From Chthoniobacterales bacterium (GTDB taxonomy: Bacteria > Verrucomicrobiota > Verrucomicrobiia > Chthoniobacterales > Chthoniobacteraceae), in assembly GCA_038207335.1 (NCBI GenBank), contig JBBQZX010000033.1:1-55369 (forward strand): DNA of 55,369 bases. The letters are read 5' to 3'. The notes below the pieces were generated by a model, which saw nothing but the letters and a program-made list of their open reading frames with translations, had not been told where the DNA came from and made no database searches. This document shows positions 1 to 10,364 of this stretch, one piece after another. The position numbers and the translations under genes were made by a program. Within the stretch, counting starts at the first letter, position 1, and each line of letters opens with the position of its first letter.

Positions 1-1359
1 CCGGGCGAGCTCGACCTCTGCCCGGACGCCGACACGCCGCTTTTGCTCCGGCTGCGTCTCAGTGAAGAGCGGTCCGTCCGGCATTTCGAGTGTCAGATCC
101 GGACCCGCGCCGGCGAGCTTCGCGACTGCATGGTCTCGGCCGAGGCATTCGAGTTGGGCGACGAATCGGTAGCGCTCGTGGCGACACAGGATGTGAGCGA
201 GCAGCGGCAGCTTGAGAAGCAGTTGCGGCATTCGCAAAAGCTCGAAGCGGTGGGGCAATTCGCCGCCGGAGTCGCGCACGATTTCAACAACATGCTCACC
301 GTGATCCAGGGCCACGCCAGCATTCATCTCGCGGCGACTCACCTAGACAAGGACGTTGCGGATTCGCTGAACCAAGTGTCGATCGCCGCCGACCGTGCGT
401 CGGCGCTCACGCGGCAGCTCCTCACTTTCAGCCGCAAGCAGGTCGTGCAGCCGCAAGTGCTCGACCTGAATGCGATCGTCGGCAATTTGCACGACATGCT
501 GCGCCGCCTCATCGGCGAGCACATCGACCTGCAGTGCGACTTCGCGGCGGAACTCCCGCCCATTCACGCGGACGAAAGCAACATCGAACAAATCGTCGTG
601 AACCTCGTCGTCAATTCGCGCGATGCGATGCCGCACGGCGGCCGGCTATCGATCTGCACGCAGGCGATCGTTCTGGATAAAACTGAGATCAGTCGGCATC
701 CGCAAGCGCGCATGGGTGGCTTCGTGTGCCTTACCCTCAAGGACTCCGGATGCGGCATGGATGCCGAAACGCTGGGTCACATTTTCGAGCCGTTCTTTAC
801 CACGAAAGAAGTGGGCAAAGGCAGCGGCCTCGGCCTCGCTACCGTGTATGGCATCGTCGCGCAGCAAGGAGGCTGGATCGAGGTAGAGAGCGAAATCGGT
901 GCGGGAACGGAACTCCGAATCTTCCTCCCGGCGAGCGAAGAAGAAGTCGCCGCGACGCCTCGCTCGGACTACGCGGAATTGCGCGGCGGCGATGAGACGA
1001 TCCTTGTCGTGGAGGATGAACCGGCTGTGCGCGAGATCATCACCGAGGTCTTGCGCCAGCGCGGCTACGAAGTGATGGAGGCCGCGGATGGGCCGCAAGC
1101 CGTCGCACTCTGGAAGCAGAAGAGCCACGCGATCGACCTGCTGATCACCGACATCGTCATGCCAAATGGGCTGAAAGGAAACGTCCTTGCGGATCTGTTG
1201 AAGGCGGAGAAGGCAGACTTAAAAGTGATCTTTTCGAGCGGATACAGCTCGGATTTTGCCACGGGAGATTCCCCCTTGAATGAGCAATTCAGCTTTCTCG
1301 AAAAGCCCTACAAGCCCGACGTTCTAGTCCGCACCGTGCGCGATTGCCTCGATCGCTGA
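1..1359 (+). CDS. Hybrid sensor histidine kinase/response regulator (PAS-HisKA-HATPase-REC, CckA-like), 5'-truncated
   Basis: Frame is open from base 1. H-box AGVAHDFNNML, N-box NLVVNSRDAM, G-boxes DSGCGM and GKGSGLGL, receiver ILVVEDE...LLITDIVMP...KP. Confidence 0.93.
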   Translation, partial: PGELDLCPDADTPLLLRLRLSEERSVRHFECQIRTRAGELRDCMVSAEAFELGDESVALVATQDVSEQRQLEKQLRHSQKLEAVGQFAAGVAHDFNNMLTVIQGHASIHLAATHLDKDVADSLNQVSIAADRASALTRQLLTFSRKQVVQPQVLDLNAIVGNLHDMLRRLIGEHIDLQCDFAAELPPIHADESNIEQIVVNLVVNSRDAMPHGGRLSICTQAIVLDKTEISRHPQARMGGFVCLTLKDSGCGMDAETLGHIFEPFFTTKEVGKGSGLGLATVYGIVAQQGGWIEVESEIGAGTELRIFLPASEEEVAATPRSDYAELRGGDETILVVEDEPAVREIITEVLRQRGYEVMEAADGPQAVALWKQKSHAIDLLITDIVMPNGLKGNVLADLLKAEKADLKVIFSSGYSSDFATGDSPLNEQFSFLEKPYKPDVLVRTVRDCLDR

Positions 1360-1615
1360 GCCCAGACGGCATCAGCAGCTTTGCCATCCGAAAATCGCCG
1401 GACATCTCTCGGTGGAGGCCCCCGAACTGCTCCGCGTGATTTCAAAACGCCCTGCTTCATCTCCACGCTCTCCCCAAATTTGGACCCAACTCCATCCGCC
1501 GCCTCCACGTCCGCGGGGCAGACCGCGCTTCGATTCCGCGCGAGTTGACACAGGAGATTGCCGCCCGCCTCAGCCCAGCGGAACGGTCGCCTATCGCCAC
1601 GGCGCAGTTTCCGGT

Positions 1616-3751
1616 TCACTTCCCGGCTTTGACGTCCTTGACCGACCACTTGGTGATCGTGAGGCCCTTCGAGGAACGGCTGCTCACGGGCATTCGCGAC
1701 AAATCGAAATCGAGTTCGCGGACGCGCGCTCCACTGCGACCATCGACTGCGACGTGGAGCGTCTGCGGCATCTCCTTTTCCGTCGCGCTGATCTTTAGAT
1801 AAATGATTCGGGACTTCTCGGACTTGGCCAAGGGATAGAGCTTGTCGCGGGACAGGCCGCCAATCTGGAACTTCTTGGCGTAGGCCTTCCCGCTTTCGCC
1901 ATCCTGATAAACCATCGTGTAGAAGTTCTGGTCGCCGTCGCGCGGCCAGATGGAAATGTGGATGATCTCGCGACCCATGAAGACCTTGTCCGCGACCTTC
2001 GCTACCTTGAGCGTGCCGTCGCGCATGATGCACAGCACGTTGTCCGCGATGGTGCATTCAGTGACGAAGTCGTGCTGGCGCCAGTTCAGGCCGATGAAGC
2101 CGTCCTTGCGGTTCACGTAGAGGCGCTGATTCACGGAGAGCACGGCGCTCGCGTCGATCTGCGCGATCTCGTCGTAACTCGTGCGGCGCTTGTGACCCTT
2201 GCCATATTTCTCCTGCAACATCTCGAACCACGCCACGGCATACGCGGTCAGGTTTTTGAGGTCCTTCTTCACCGCCTTCATCTCCTCCTCGATCTTCTTC
2301 ATCGCTTCGTCCGCCTTGAAGCGATTGTAAGCCGAGATGCGTTTGATCCGGATCTCGGTGAGTCGCGTGATGTCGTCCTCCGTGACCTCGCGCCGGAGCT
2401 GGCCGAGGTGCGGTTTGAGGCCCTTGCGAATCTCCTCCAGCACACTCTCCCACGTCTGCGATTTCTCGATGTTCCGGTAGATGCGCTCCTCGATGAAAAT
2501 GCGCTCCAGCGAATCCCAATGCCACTGCTGCTCAAGCTCACCGAGCCGGATCTCCAGCTCACGTTTCAGCAGCTCCCGCGTCGCCTCCACGCTTGTCTTG
2601 AGGATGTCGCGCACGCCGACGAAATGCGGCTTGTCGTCGCCCGTCACCGGGTCGCGCACGATCACACACGCCGCCGGATTGAGCTGCACCTGGCAGCTCG
2701 TGAAAACGTAGAGCTGCTGGATCACCTTCTTCGGCTCCGCGCCCGCGGTCAGATGGATGAGGATTTCCACCTTGTCCGCCGTGTTGTCATCGACGTGCTT
2801 GATCTTGACCTTCCCCTTCGCGTTCGCCGCGAGCACCGATTCGATCAGCGAAGTCGTCGTCACGCCGAACGGCAACTCCGTCACCGCGAGCAGGATTTTC
2901 GACCGCAGCTCGATCGTGGCGCGCACCTTCACCTTCCCGCCGCGCGCCCCGTCGTTGTATTCGGTAAAATCCGCCGTCCCGCCCGTCGCGAAGTCCGGCA
3001 AAATGCGGAAGTTTTTACCCTGCAGATGATTGATCGCCGCGCGGCAGAGATCGTTGAAATTGTGCGGCAGAATCTTCGTCGAAAGCCCCACCGCGATCCC
3101 CTCGGCGCCTTCGAGCAGCACGATCGGGAATTTCGCCGGCAACGTCACCGGCTCCTGATTCCGTCCGTCGTAGCTGAGCTGCCACGTCGTCGTCTTCGGA
3201 TTGAAAAGCACGTCCTTTGCGAATGGCGTGAGCCGCGCCTCGATGTAACGCGGCGCCGCCGCGTCGTCGCCCGTGTAAATGTTGCCGAAATTCCCCTGCC
3301 CCTCGATCAGCCACCCGCGCTGGCCGATCGCCACCAGCGCCGCCCCGATCGAAGCATCCCCATGCGGATGCAGCTTCATCGTCGCGCCCACCACATTCGC
3401 CACCTTGTGAAACCGCCCGTCATCCATGTCCCACAGCGTGTGCAGCACCCGCCGCTGCACCGGTTTCAAGCCATCATCGATATGCGGCACCGCGCGATCG
3501 AGGATCACATAGCTCGCGTATTCCAGAAACCAGTTCCGATACGACTTCGCCAGCGGTGCCTCATCATCCTGCACCTTCCCCACGTGCACCTCCGGCGCAG
3601 GATCTTCCTCTGGCATCGCTATTTCCTCAGCCGGCGTTTCTGCGGCGGAAGCTGGTGTTTTCGGCTCAGGCGCTGCCGGCAGCGCTGCGCCGTTAGTCAG
3701 CGGGAGCTGCGGTTGATCGTCGTTGTCTTTCGAGGTCTTTTTCTTCTGCAT
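1616..3751 (-). CDS. parC: DNA topoisomerase IV subunit A
   Basis: YASYVILDRAVP, DGLKPVQRR, HPHGDASI, active-site AAAPRYIE. Short CTD; co-oriented parE upstream. Confidence 0.9.
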   Translation of the reverse strand: MQKKKTSKDNDDQPQLPLTNGAALPAAPEPKTPASAAETPAEEIAMPEEDPAPEVHVGKVQDDEAPLAKSYRNWFLEYASYVILDRAVPHIDDGLKPVQRRVLHTLWDMDDGRFHKVANVVGATMKLHPHGDASIGAALVAIGQRGWLIEGQGNFGNIYTGDDAAAPRYIEARLTPFAKDVLFNPKTTTWQLSYDGRNQEPVTLPAKFPIVLLEGAEGIAVGLSTKILPHNFNDLCRAAINHLQGKNFRILPDFATGGTADFTEYNDGARGGKVKVRATIELRSKILLAVTELPFGVTTTSLIESVLAANAKGKVKIKHVDDNTADKVEILIHLTAGAEPKKVIQQLYVFTSCQVQLNPAACVIVRDPVTGDDKPHFVGVRDILKTSVEATRELLKRELEIRLGELEQQWHWDSLERIFIEERIYRNIEKSQTWESVLEEIRKGLKPHLGQLRREVTEDDITRLTEIRIKRISAYNRFKADEAMKKIEEEMKAVKKDLKNLTAYAVAWFEMLQEKYGKGHKRRTSYDEIAQIDASAVLSVNQRLYVNRKDGFIGLNWRQHDFVTECTIADNVLCIMRDGTLKVAKVADKVFMGREIIHISIWPRDGDQNFYTMVYQDGESGKAYAKKFQIGGLSRDKLYPLAKSEKSRIIYLKISATEKEMPQTLHVAVDGRSGARVRELDFDLSRMPVSSRSSKGLTITKWSVKDVKAGK

Positions 3752-3766
3752 CTCCCAAAATTCTAC

Positions 3767-4144
3767 TTACCACCCGATACGTCGCACACCGGGCATCATG
3801 TCGAAGTGAGCGTCGCGACTCACCACGTTTAGACCGTGCTGGAGACTGAGCGCTCCAATCCACAGATCATGGTAAGGAACCTCGTTATTGCAGACGACGA
3901 GCTCCAGCCGCAACTCCGCATAATGCCGAGCCGTCACGGCATCGGCGCTCAACACCACGCAGGACTTCTGGATCGCATCCAACCACTTCTCCATCTCGGT
4001 TCGATGCGCCGATTTCAACAGGCCGTAGCGATACTCGCCCAGCGCGATGCTTGGCAGATACCAGGTTCGGTCAGGACGTAGCGCCTTCCACAGTCCGGCG
4101 TCGCCTTTCGACCACGCCGAAATCGCGTTCGTGTCGAGAAGCAT
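3767..4144 (-). CDS. vapC: PIN-domain toxin, VapC family
   Basis: 125 aa; MLLDTNAIS, GEYRYG, DLWIGAL, VVSRDAHF PIN motifs. Confidence 0.92.
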   Translation of the reverse strand: MLLDTNAISAWSKGDAGLWKALRPDRTWYLPSIALGEYRYGLLKSAHRTEMEKWLDAIQKSCVVLSADAVTARHYAELRLELVVCNNEVPYHDLWIGALSLQHGLNVVSRDAHFDMMPGVRRIGW

Positions 4145-4146
4145 CC

Positions 4147-4341
4147 TCAGCTCCGCTTCGTGGGAAACGCAGCTTCAATCTCCGCTTCGATCCGCTCCAA
4201 CTCCTCGCGCGGCACATTCGGCGGCGGCACCGGCCACGCCGTTACTCGCTTGCGCCGCTCATCAAGCCACCCGGCCACTTCCAACATCTGCGCAGGAGGC
4301 AGCTTCTCGATGGCGTGTTCGATTTCGGTAACGGTGCTCAC
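4147..4341 (-). CDS. Probable antitoxin of the adjacent VapC
   Basis: About 64 aa from GTG 4341 (MSTVTEIEHAIEKLP...EELERIEAEIEAAF). Acidic C-terminus; stop is 2 nt before the vapC ATG. Confidence 0.7.
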   Translation of the reverse strand: MSTVTEIEHAIEKLPPAQMLEVAGWLDERRKRVTAWPVPPPNVPREELERIEAEIEAAFPTKRS

Positions 4342-4395
4342 AACGCCGACGTTACCGACAGCGCGCAGTTCGATCAAGCTGCACGTCCAGAGCCG

Positions 4396-4899
4396 CTACG
4401 ACTTCAGTTTCCGCTTAGGTGCTCTCTGCCCCTGATGCTTCGGAGCTTTCCTTTTCGCGAGCAGTCGTTTTGCGGGGCGCGCGTCACCGCGTTCGATCAG
4501 GGCTAGAACGGAAGCGGGTAGATACGAATAACTCTGCGGTGGTGGTGACGACGAAATCCGCGTCAACGCTAGCGGTTTCCTGAGCCGTTGCACCGCGCTA
4601 ACGGAAATTGCCACTCCGCTCGCAGCTCCGGAATAATAGGCGCGAAAGTCATCGCGCGTGATTCCCCCAACGGTCGAGAATCGCCTCCAAAGACCCTTCG
4701 GGGAGAGTTCATGTAGTGCTCCCACCCTAAACCAACCAACAATGCGCATGATTGGAGCGGTCGCATAGATGACGACGTGGCTCACGGCTCTCCCGAATTT
4801 CCTTTTTCTGAACTCGACCTTCTTTCGTCCATCCAGAATTGCATTCGCATAGGGCGGTTTGATCGAGAGTAGGGCGACTACAGTTGATTCTGAATCCAT
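4396..4899 (-). CDS. ASCH domain protein
   Basis: LLSIKPPYANAILDGRKKVEFRK (GxKxxExR ASCH motif), VVIYATAP, PPQSYSYL. Start overlaps the end of the upstream gene. Confidence 0.88.
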   Translation of the reverse strand: MDSESTVVALLSIKPPYANAILDGRKKVEFRKRKFGRAVSHVVIYATAPIMRIVGWFRVGALHELSPKGLWRRFSTVGGITRDDFRAYYSGAASGVAISVSAVQRLRKPLALTRISSSPPPQSYSYLPASVLALIERGDARPAKRLLAKRKAPKHQGQRAPKRKLKS

Positions 4900-6353
4900 G
4901 TCAGGGCGGGTGGCTTGAGACTCGTAATCGATTGTGGCGCAGCGGTCACGATTCCATTCGCGATCAACTCATCGAGGGGCAGCGGTCTCCGCAGAATGTC
5001 TGCGTGTCGAAACAGCAGGGCCAACGCGCCGTCGCCTCGGCACATATTTTCGAGATCGGCATCGCCATACACGGTTCTTTTGCTTACCAAGGTCTTCATC
5101 TCATTCACATCCGCCGTCGCCAGTGTTTCCTCGACCACGCCCACGGTGGTGACCGACTGCCAGTCGCTGGACCGATAAAACAAGATGATGTCTCCCGGAC
5201 GGATCGCGCGCGTCTGCGCGCGACAGATGTAGGCCTTGCGCAATGTGTTTCCGAACGACTCAGCACCCGCAAAGAGCGAGCCTTGCGGCTCCAACTCGGG
5301 GAATAGGGCCGCGTGAAATCGTGGCTCGATCGGAACGACGAATCCGCAAACACCTTCCTGCTTAACTTGGTGCGGGCCAAACAGGCGGTGGAACGGAAGC
5401 GCCGGAAGGCGACGATCCTCGGTGTGGATCGGGCTGAATCGCTTTCTCAGCACAATCTCACTCGTTCCTTCTTTGTGGTCGGTCTGCTCAAAACCGAAGT
5501 CCCCAAGTAGATTCAAAAGCGCTCCGTGCTTCGGGAGGACCTCAACAAAGGCTGTTCGGAAGCGGTTCTTGCGCACGTAGTCGAAAATTGCGCGCAGCAT
5601 CAACTCCCCCAACTTCAGGCCAATCGCGTGCTCCGCGATCTTGAAGGTGCAGATCTTGAGCGTCGGATTTTCAGCATCGATCCAAGGCCGATCTTCGGGA
5701 TTTACGATACACACTCCCGCGTAACCTGCCCGGTCGGCTAGGCTCACTACCCAACCGTGCCGGTGCTCACGCTTGCATTTGTTGAGCCAGTCGTCGAACG
5801 GCGGATAATCTGCTCTCAAGCTTTGGAAGATCGGATCACCCGAGTCCATTTGATGAGCGTGGATCGCTCGCGTGGCCGGTGGTGCCAGCGGAGCGCTGAT
5901 GCGCTCGCTTTCGAGCAAATCGATGGCCGCTTCCAGTTTCAAACACCTGCCGTCGATGCCCAAGGCACGACACGTCCTGTGGATGCCATTATCTTCGGTG
6001 ACCAAAAAACCTACTGCGTTCTGTTCGAGGGCGGCAACGAGCTGGCTATCCACCCAATCGTTCGAGCCGCGCTGCGGATTGCCCGCCGCCGCTCGAATAC
6101 GATCAGGAACCGGCGGAGGGCTTTGGAGCTTGGGATATTTGTCCGTCAGCGAGAGACGTAGGGTTTGTCGCGCCGCGTCTTTGTCTGTCTGGAGGTCTTC
6201 GATCTGCGCGGGATGAAGGAATAACCCTGCGCCCACTTGATGAGCCAGACTTGCAACATGGAACGCGAGCGGACTACTTTCCTCAACATCGGCTGGCGAT
6301 GTTGGTTCCAGCGGGATCAGGACATTTGTATCGAGGAGAATCGTCAGACGCAT
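4878..6353 (-). CDS. PIN + GNAT acetyltransferase + EVE/PUA-like fusion protein
   Basis: Start moved to ATG 6353 (491 aa). PIN: ILLDTNVLI...NDWVDSQL...FLVTEDNGI. GNAT: LKICTFKI...GLKLGELML...FGF. C-terminal IRPGDIILFYRS...VGVVE...APQSI resembles EVE/PUA. Confidence 0.8.
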   Translation of the reverse strand: MRLTILLDTNVLIPLEPTSPADVEESSPLAFHVASLAHQVGAGLFLHPAQIEDLQTDKDAARQTLRLSLTDKYPKLQSPPPVPDRIRAAAGNPQRGSNDWVDSQLVAALEQNAVGFLVTEDNGIHRTCRALGIDGRCLKLEAAIDLLESERISAPLAPPATRAIHAHQMDSGDPIFQSLRADYPPFDDWLNKCKREHRHGWVVSLADRAGYAGVCIVNPEDRPWIDAENPTLKICTFKIAEHAIGLKLGELMLRAIFDYVRKNRFRTAFVEVLPKHGALLNLLGDFGFEQTDHKEGTSEIVLRKRFSPIHTEDRRLPALPFHRLFGPHQVKQEGVCGFVVPIEPRFHAALFPELEPQGSLFAGAESFGNTLRKAYICRAQTRAIRPGDIILFYRSSDWQSVTTVGVVEETLATADVNEMKTLVSKRTVYGDADLENMCRGDGALALLFRHADILRRPLPLDELIANGIVTAAPQSITSLKPPALTWIQNQL

Positions 6354-6490
6354 AAACACCGCAAGGCGCAAACCAGTGCCCGGGGCTTTGATCGCCCAAA
6401 ATAAGGTCCTTTGGCGATCGCGGATTACACGAGACGCTCTACCAATGGTACGAAGCACATGGGAGAGCGCTGGCGGTCGAAAGCTATGCG

Positions 6491-8332
6491 CTACGCCCCC
6501 ACCAAATCCTTCTCCACGCGCAGGTTTTCGATGATGAACTCCTGACGCTCCATGGTGTTCTTGCCCATGAAGAAGGAGAGCAGTTCGTCGCTGCTGTGGA
6601 GGTGGTGGAGGTTCACCGGGTCGAGGCGGATGTTTTCGCCGATGAAGTCTTTGAACTCGCCGGCGGAGATTTCGCCGAGGCCTTTGAAGCGCGTGATCTC
6701 GTGGCTGGCGCCGAGCGCTTTGACGGCGGCCTGCTTCTCCTGCTCGCTGTAGCAATACCGCGTGACCTTTTTATTCCGCACGCGGAAGAGCGGCGTTTGC
6801 AGGATGAAGAGGTGATTGTTGCGGATGACGTCAGGGAAGAACTGGAGGAAGAACGAGAGGAGCAGCAGGCGGATGTGCATGCCGTCCACGTCGGCGTCGG
6901 TGGCCACGACGATCTTGTTGTAGCGCAGGCCGTCGAGGCCGTCCTCGATGTTTAGCGCGGCCTGGAGGAGGTGAAATTCTTCGTTTTCGTAGATGACCTT
7001 CTTTGTCAGGCCGTAGGTGTTGAGCGGTTTGCCTTTGAGCGCGAAGACGGCCTGGGTCTGCACGTCGCGAGTGGAGGTGAGTGAACCGGCGGCGGAGTCG
7101 CCCTCGACGATGAAGAGGGTGCTCTCCTCGGCACGCGGATTTTTGTCGCCGAGATGCAGGCGGCAGTCGCGCAGCTTCTTGTTGTGCAGCGAGGCTTTCT
7201 TGGCGCGCTCCTTGGCGATGTTGCGGATGCCGGCGAGTTCCTTCCGCTCATGCTCGCTTTCCTCGATCTTCCTTTTAATGATCTCGGCGGTTTCGCGATG
7301 CTTGTGAAGGTAAGTGTCGAGCGACTGCTGGAGGAATTTGCCGACGAATTCCTTGATCGTGGGACCTTTCGGTCCGACGGACGCGGAGCCGAGCTTGGTC
7401 TTGGTCTGCGACTCGAAGACGGGTTCCTGCACGCGCACGACGATGGCGGCGTCGATGGACTGGCGGACATCCGCGGCGTCGTAGTCTTTCTTGAAGTGAT
7501 TGCGGATGGTGGCGACGAACGCCTCGCGAAACGCCGCGAGGTGCGTGCCGCCCATGGTGGTGTGCTGGCCATTGACGAATGACCAGTATTCCTCGCCGTA
7601 GTGATTGCCGTGGGTGAGCGCGACCTCGATGTCCTCGCCCTCGAGATGGATGATCGGATAAAGCGGCTCGCCGCTGAGTTCCTTGGTGAGCAGATCCTTC
7701 AGGCCGTGCTCGGACTTAAAGCGCTGGCCATTGAGCGTGAGCGTGAGGCCGCGGTTGAGGAACGCGTATTTCCACAGCATGTCCTCGATGAACTCGGTGC
7801 GGAACTTGAAGTCCCTCCCGAACAGCGCTTCGTCGGGCGTGAACTCCACGAGCGTGCCATTGCGCTCGGCGGTCTTGAGCACGCGCGACTGTGTCTTCAG
7901 CTTCCCTTGTTCAAACTCGACGACCTTCGTCTCGCCCTCGCGGACGGCCTGCGCGCGGTAGCTCACGGAGAGGGCGTTCACGGCCTTCTGCCCGACGCCA
8001 TTGAGCCCCACGGCTTTCTGAAACGTCTCGCTGTCGTACTTCGCGCCGGTGTTGATGATCGAGACGCAGTCCACGAGCTTGCCGAGCGGGATGCCACGGC
8101 CGTAATCGCGCACCTTCACGCTGCGGTCGGTGATCTCGACTTCGATCTTCTTCCCCTGCCCCATCATGAACTCGTCGATGGAGTTATCGATCGTTTCCTT
8201 GAGCAACACGTAGATGCCATCCTCCGCGTGGGTGCCGCTCCCGAGGCGGCCAATGTACATGCCGGGCCGGAGGCGGATGTGCTCCAGCGAACTGAGGGTC
8301 TTGATGCTGGCTTCGGTGTAGTTGGATGCCAT
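6491..8332 (-). CDS. parE: DNA topoisomerase IV subunit B
   Basis: [54 protein letters not shown]. Start ATG 8332. Confidence 0.92.
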   Translation of the reverse strand: MASNYTEASIKTLSSLEHIRLRPGMYIGRLGSGTHAEDGIYVLLKETIDNSIDEFMMGQGKKIEVEITDRSVKVRDYGRGIPLGKLVDCVSIINTGAKYDSETFQKAVGLNGVGQKAVNALSVSYRAQAVREGETKVVEFEQGKLKTQSRVLKTAERNGTLVEFTPDEALFGRDFKFRTEFIEDMLWKYAFLNRGLTLTLNGQRFKSEHGLKDLLTKELSGEPLYPIIHLEGEDIEVALTHGNHYGEEYWSFVNGQHTTMGGTHLAAFREAFVATIRNHFKKDYDAADVRQSIDAAIVVRVQEPVFESQTKTKLGSASVGPKGPTIKEFVGKFLQQSLDTYLHKHRETAEIIKRKIEESEHERKELAGIRNIAKERAKKASLHNKKLRDCRLHLGDKNPRAEESTLFIVEGDSAAGSLTSTRDVQTQAVFALKGKPLNTYGLTKKVIYENEEFHLLQAALNIEDGLDGLRYNKIVVATDADVDGMHIRLLLLSFFLQFFPDVIRNNHLFILQTPLFRVRNKKVTRYCYSEQEKQAAVKALGASHEITRFKGLGEISAGEFKDFIGENIRLDPVNLHHLHSSDELLSFFMGKNTMERQEFIIENLRVEKDLVGA

Positions 8333-8511
8333 GGGTGTAAACGGACACTGAAGCGCGAGACTTCGATTCTTTGCCACAAATAATCAATCTGCACGCGAGG
8401 GCTGTCATGGGAGTGCCAGCTTTGCGCAAAACTTTACCGGATGAGCGCACGCAGTTGCGCATCGCGCTGGCGGCGCGGGAGTCATCCACGCGATAGGTTG
8501 AATCTGGACCG

Positions 8512-8889
8512 TCAAAAGCGATCGGGGAGCGTCAGATGCAATGCGAGCTTTGACCGCAATTCGTCCAACAGAGCACCGTCCATAAAGGTGTATTCGTCGG
8601 GGATGTGCAGCGTGATGAACTCCTTGCTTTCGAGTGCCGTCGGGAATTTCTGACGCAACTTGCTGAGGTGGGATTTCTCCATGACAAAGATCACATCCGC
8701 CCAGCCGAGGTGACCTTCAGTGACGACAATCCTGGCCCCGGGCTGAGTGCCGGCAGAACGCGCAACGTAGCCGGGGACAGCCTCGAAAAGCCTCTCTGCC
8801 GTGAGGCTGCGGATCTTATTCCTGCTGCAGATGAAGAGGATTTTTGTCGGTGCGGACTGCTCCAGGGACGGTCGTGAAGGCCGGCTCAT
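8512..8889 (-). CDS. Low-molecular-weight protein tyrosine phosphatase-like protein
   Basis: CX5R P-loop [38 protein letters not shown] overlap with the kinase stop at 8886-8889. Confidence 0.82.
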   Translation of the reverse strand: MSRPSRPSLEQSAPTKILFICSRNKIRSLTAERLFEAVPGYVARSAGTQPGARIVVTEGHLGWADVIFVMEKSHLSKLRQKFPTALESKEFITLHIPDEYTFMDGALLDELRSKLALHLTLPDRF

Positions 8890-10364
8890 TTCGCCCACTG
8901 ATTCAGTCGGATTTGCACCTCCAGACCGTGGGGACGGCGAAGGTGGGCGGTGACAGTTCCGCCGCAGGATTCGACACACGATTTGACGATCGCGAGGCCG
9001 AGGCCAGTGCCTCCGGTGGCGCGGGTGCGGGAGGGATCGACGCGATAGAATGCATCGAAAATTCGCGGCAAGTCCGCGTCGGGCACGCCGGGGCCGGAAT
9101 CACTGACGGTGACCACGATTTGGTCGCCGCGCCGTTCCGCCTGGAACGAAATCGGGCCGGCGGCGGCGGCGTGCTGAATGGCGTTGCGAAGCAGATTGGC
9201 GAGCGCGCGGGTGAGCAGCTCCGGGTTGGCTGAGACGACAAAATCCTCGGGAAGGATCAACCGCAGATCCGCGGTTTCAGTGGTCTCTCGGCGCACAGCT
9301 TCGGCGGTGGCGGTGGCGAGGTTGACCGGCTCGAGAGGGCCGGCGGACGCGCCGAGTTCTGCTTTGGAAAAGGAGAGCAACTCGCTGATCAACGCGGAGA
9401 TTTGCGCGGCCTTTTCGGAGGCGGACTTCACGAACGGAATTTGTGTTGGGGTGGCGTGCTGTTCGAGGACGCCGAGGGCCATCTGCAGGCGGACGAGCGG
9501 CGAACAAAGCTCGTGGGCGACGTCGCCGAGGAAACGCTTTTGTCCCGTCACGAGGCCGTCGAGCCGAGCGGCCATTTGATCGATCGATTCGGCTAAGCCA
9601 CCGAGTTCATCGCGCCGTCGCAAGTTCACGCGGACCTCGAAGCGCCCGTCGGCAATCTGCCGCGTCGCGTGCATCATACGGTTGATCGTGCGGGTGATGC
9701 CGCGAACGAGTGGCAGCCAGAAAAGCAGCGAGAACACGAACACGCCAGCGACGAGAGCGAGCCACGGATTCGGATTGAAAATGAGCCCGCCCGCGCTGAG
9801 CGAAGTCGAACGCGCGACGAGCACCACCCGCAGCGGATCGCCGAAAAGGAAATTGTCGATCCGCCCACTCGCCATCAGCCAATACTGCGTCGGGCCAGTC
9901 GTCCGCATGAGCGCGCGTATCGGTGGGCGCGGACCCCGATGCGGCGTGTCAGAATCATCGGAAGGCGGCGTGCTGCCGGGGAAAGGACGGGCGCCGGGAG
10001 GGCGACGCTGCACGATGCGCTCGCTCACCTCTGCTGGCACGTCGCTGGTTTCGCCGACGAGCGGATTCGCATTGTCATCAAACAGCGCGAAGCGGACGTG
10101 GTGCGCCTCGCTGTAACGCTTCAAGACGGCGGGCCATTCTTCCGGCAGCGTGGTGTCGAGTTCGCCGATGATCAGGTCGCGCACCGCCTCCATTCGTTCG
10201 CGCGCGCCGGTGAAGAAAAACCAGTCGAGATTGAAGTTGAACTGCGCGTTGAACAGCAGCGCGAACGTCGCGGCGACGATGACGAGATTAAGAAAAAACC
10301 AGACGAGAATTTTCCCGTAGAGCGGCAGGCGGACGCGCGACAGTGAAGGGCGCTCAGACATCAT
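8886..10364 (-). CDS. Membrane sensor histidine kinase (2 TM, HAMP, HisKA, HATPase; CpxA-like)
   Basis: Two hydrophobic segments, [43 protein letters not shown]. Confidence 0.92.
   Translation of the reverse strand: MMSERPSLSRVRLPLYGKILVWFFLNLVIVAATFALLFNAQFNFNLDWFFFTGARERMEAVRDLIIGELDTTLPEEWPAVLKRYSEAHHVRFALFDDNANPLVGETSDVPAEVSERIVQRRPPGARPFPGSTPPSDDSDTPHRGPRPPIRALMRTTGPTQYWLMASGRIDNFLFGDPLRVVLVARSTSLSAGGLIFNPNPWLALVAGVFVFSLLFWLPLVRGITRTINRMMHATRQIADGRFEVRVNLRRRDELGGLAESIDQMAARLDGLVTGQKRFLGDVAHELCSPLVRLQMALGVLEQHATPTQIPFVKSASEKAAQISALISELLSFSKAELGASAGPLEPVNLATATAEAVRRETTETADLRLILPEDFVVSANPELLTRALANLLRNAIQHAAAAGPISFQAERRGDQIVVTVSDSGPGVPDADLPRIFDAFYRVDPSRTRATGGTGLGLAIVKSCVESCGGTVTAHLRRPHGLEVQIRLNQWAK

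Noticed and set aside
1412..1802. Short + strand ORFs between the hybrid kinase and parC
   Set aside because: They overlap the parC 3' end, have Pro/Arg-rich non-protein-like composition and show no motif
1958..3832. 624-aa + strand ORF, and similar long antisense ORFs at 11859-13619, 20891-22486, 33149-34435, 34439-36112, 38103-39566, 43290-45050 and 46488-48293
   Set aside because: Each mirrors a well-supported gene on the opposite strand and has no motifs; this is the expected shadow of high-GC codon bias
4596..4604. CGCTAACGG match to the tRNA-Glu 3' end as a second att site
   Set aside because: Only about 9-10 bp and inside the ASCH coding sequence; expected by chance
6354..6755. 134-aa N-terminal extension of the PIN-GNAT ORF in the ORF track
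   Set aside because: It overlaps parE in another frame; the PIN motif starts right after ATG 6353
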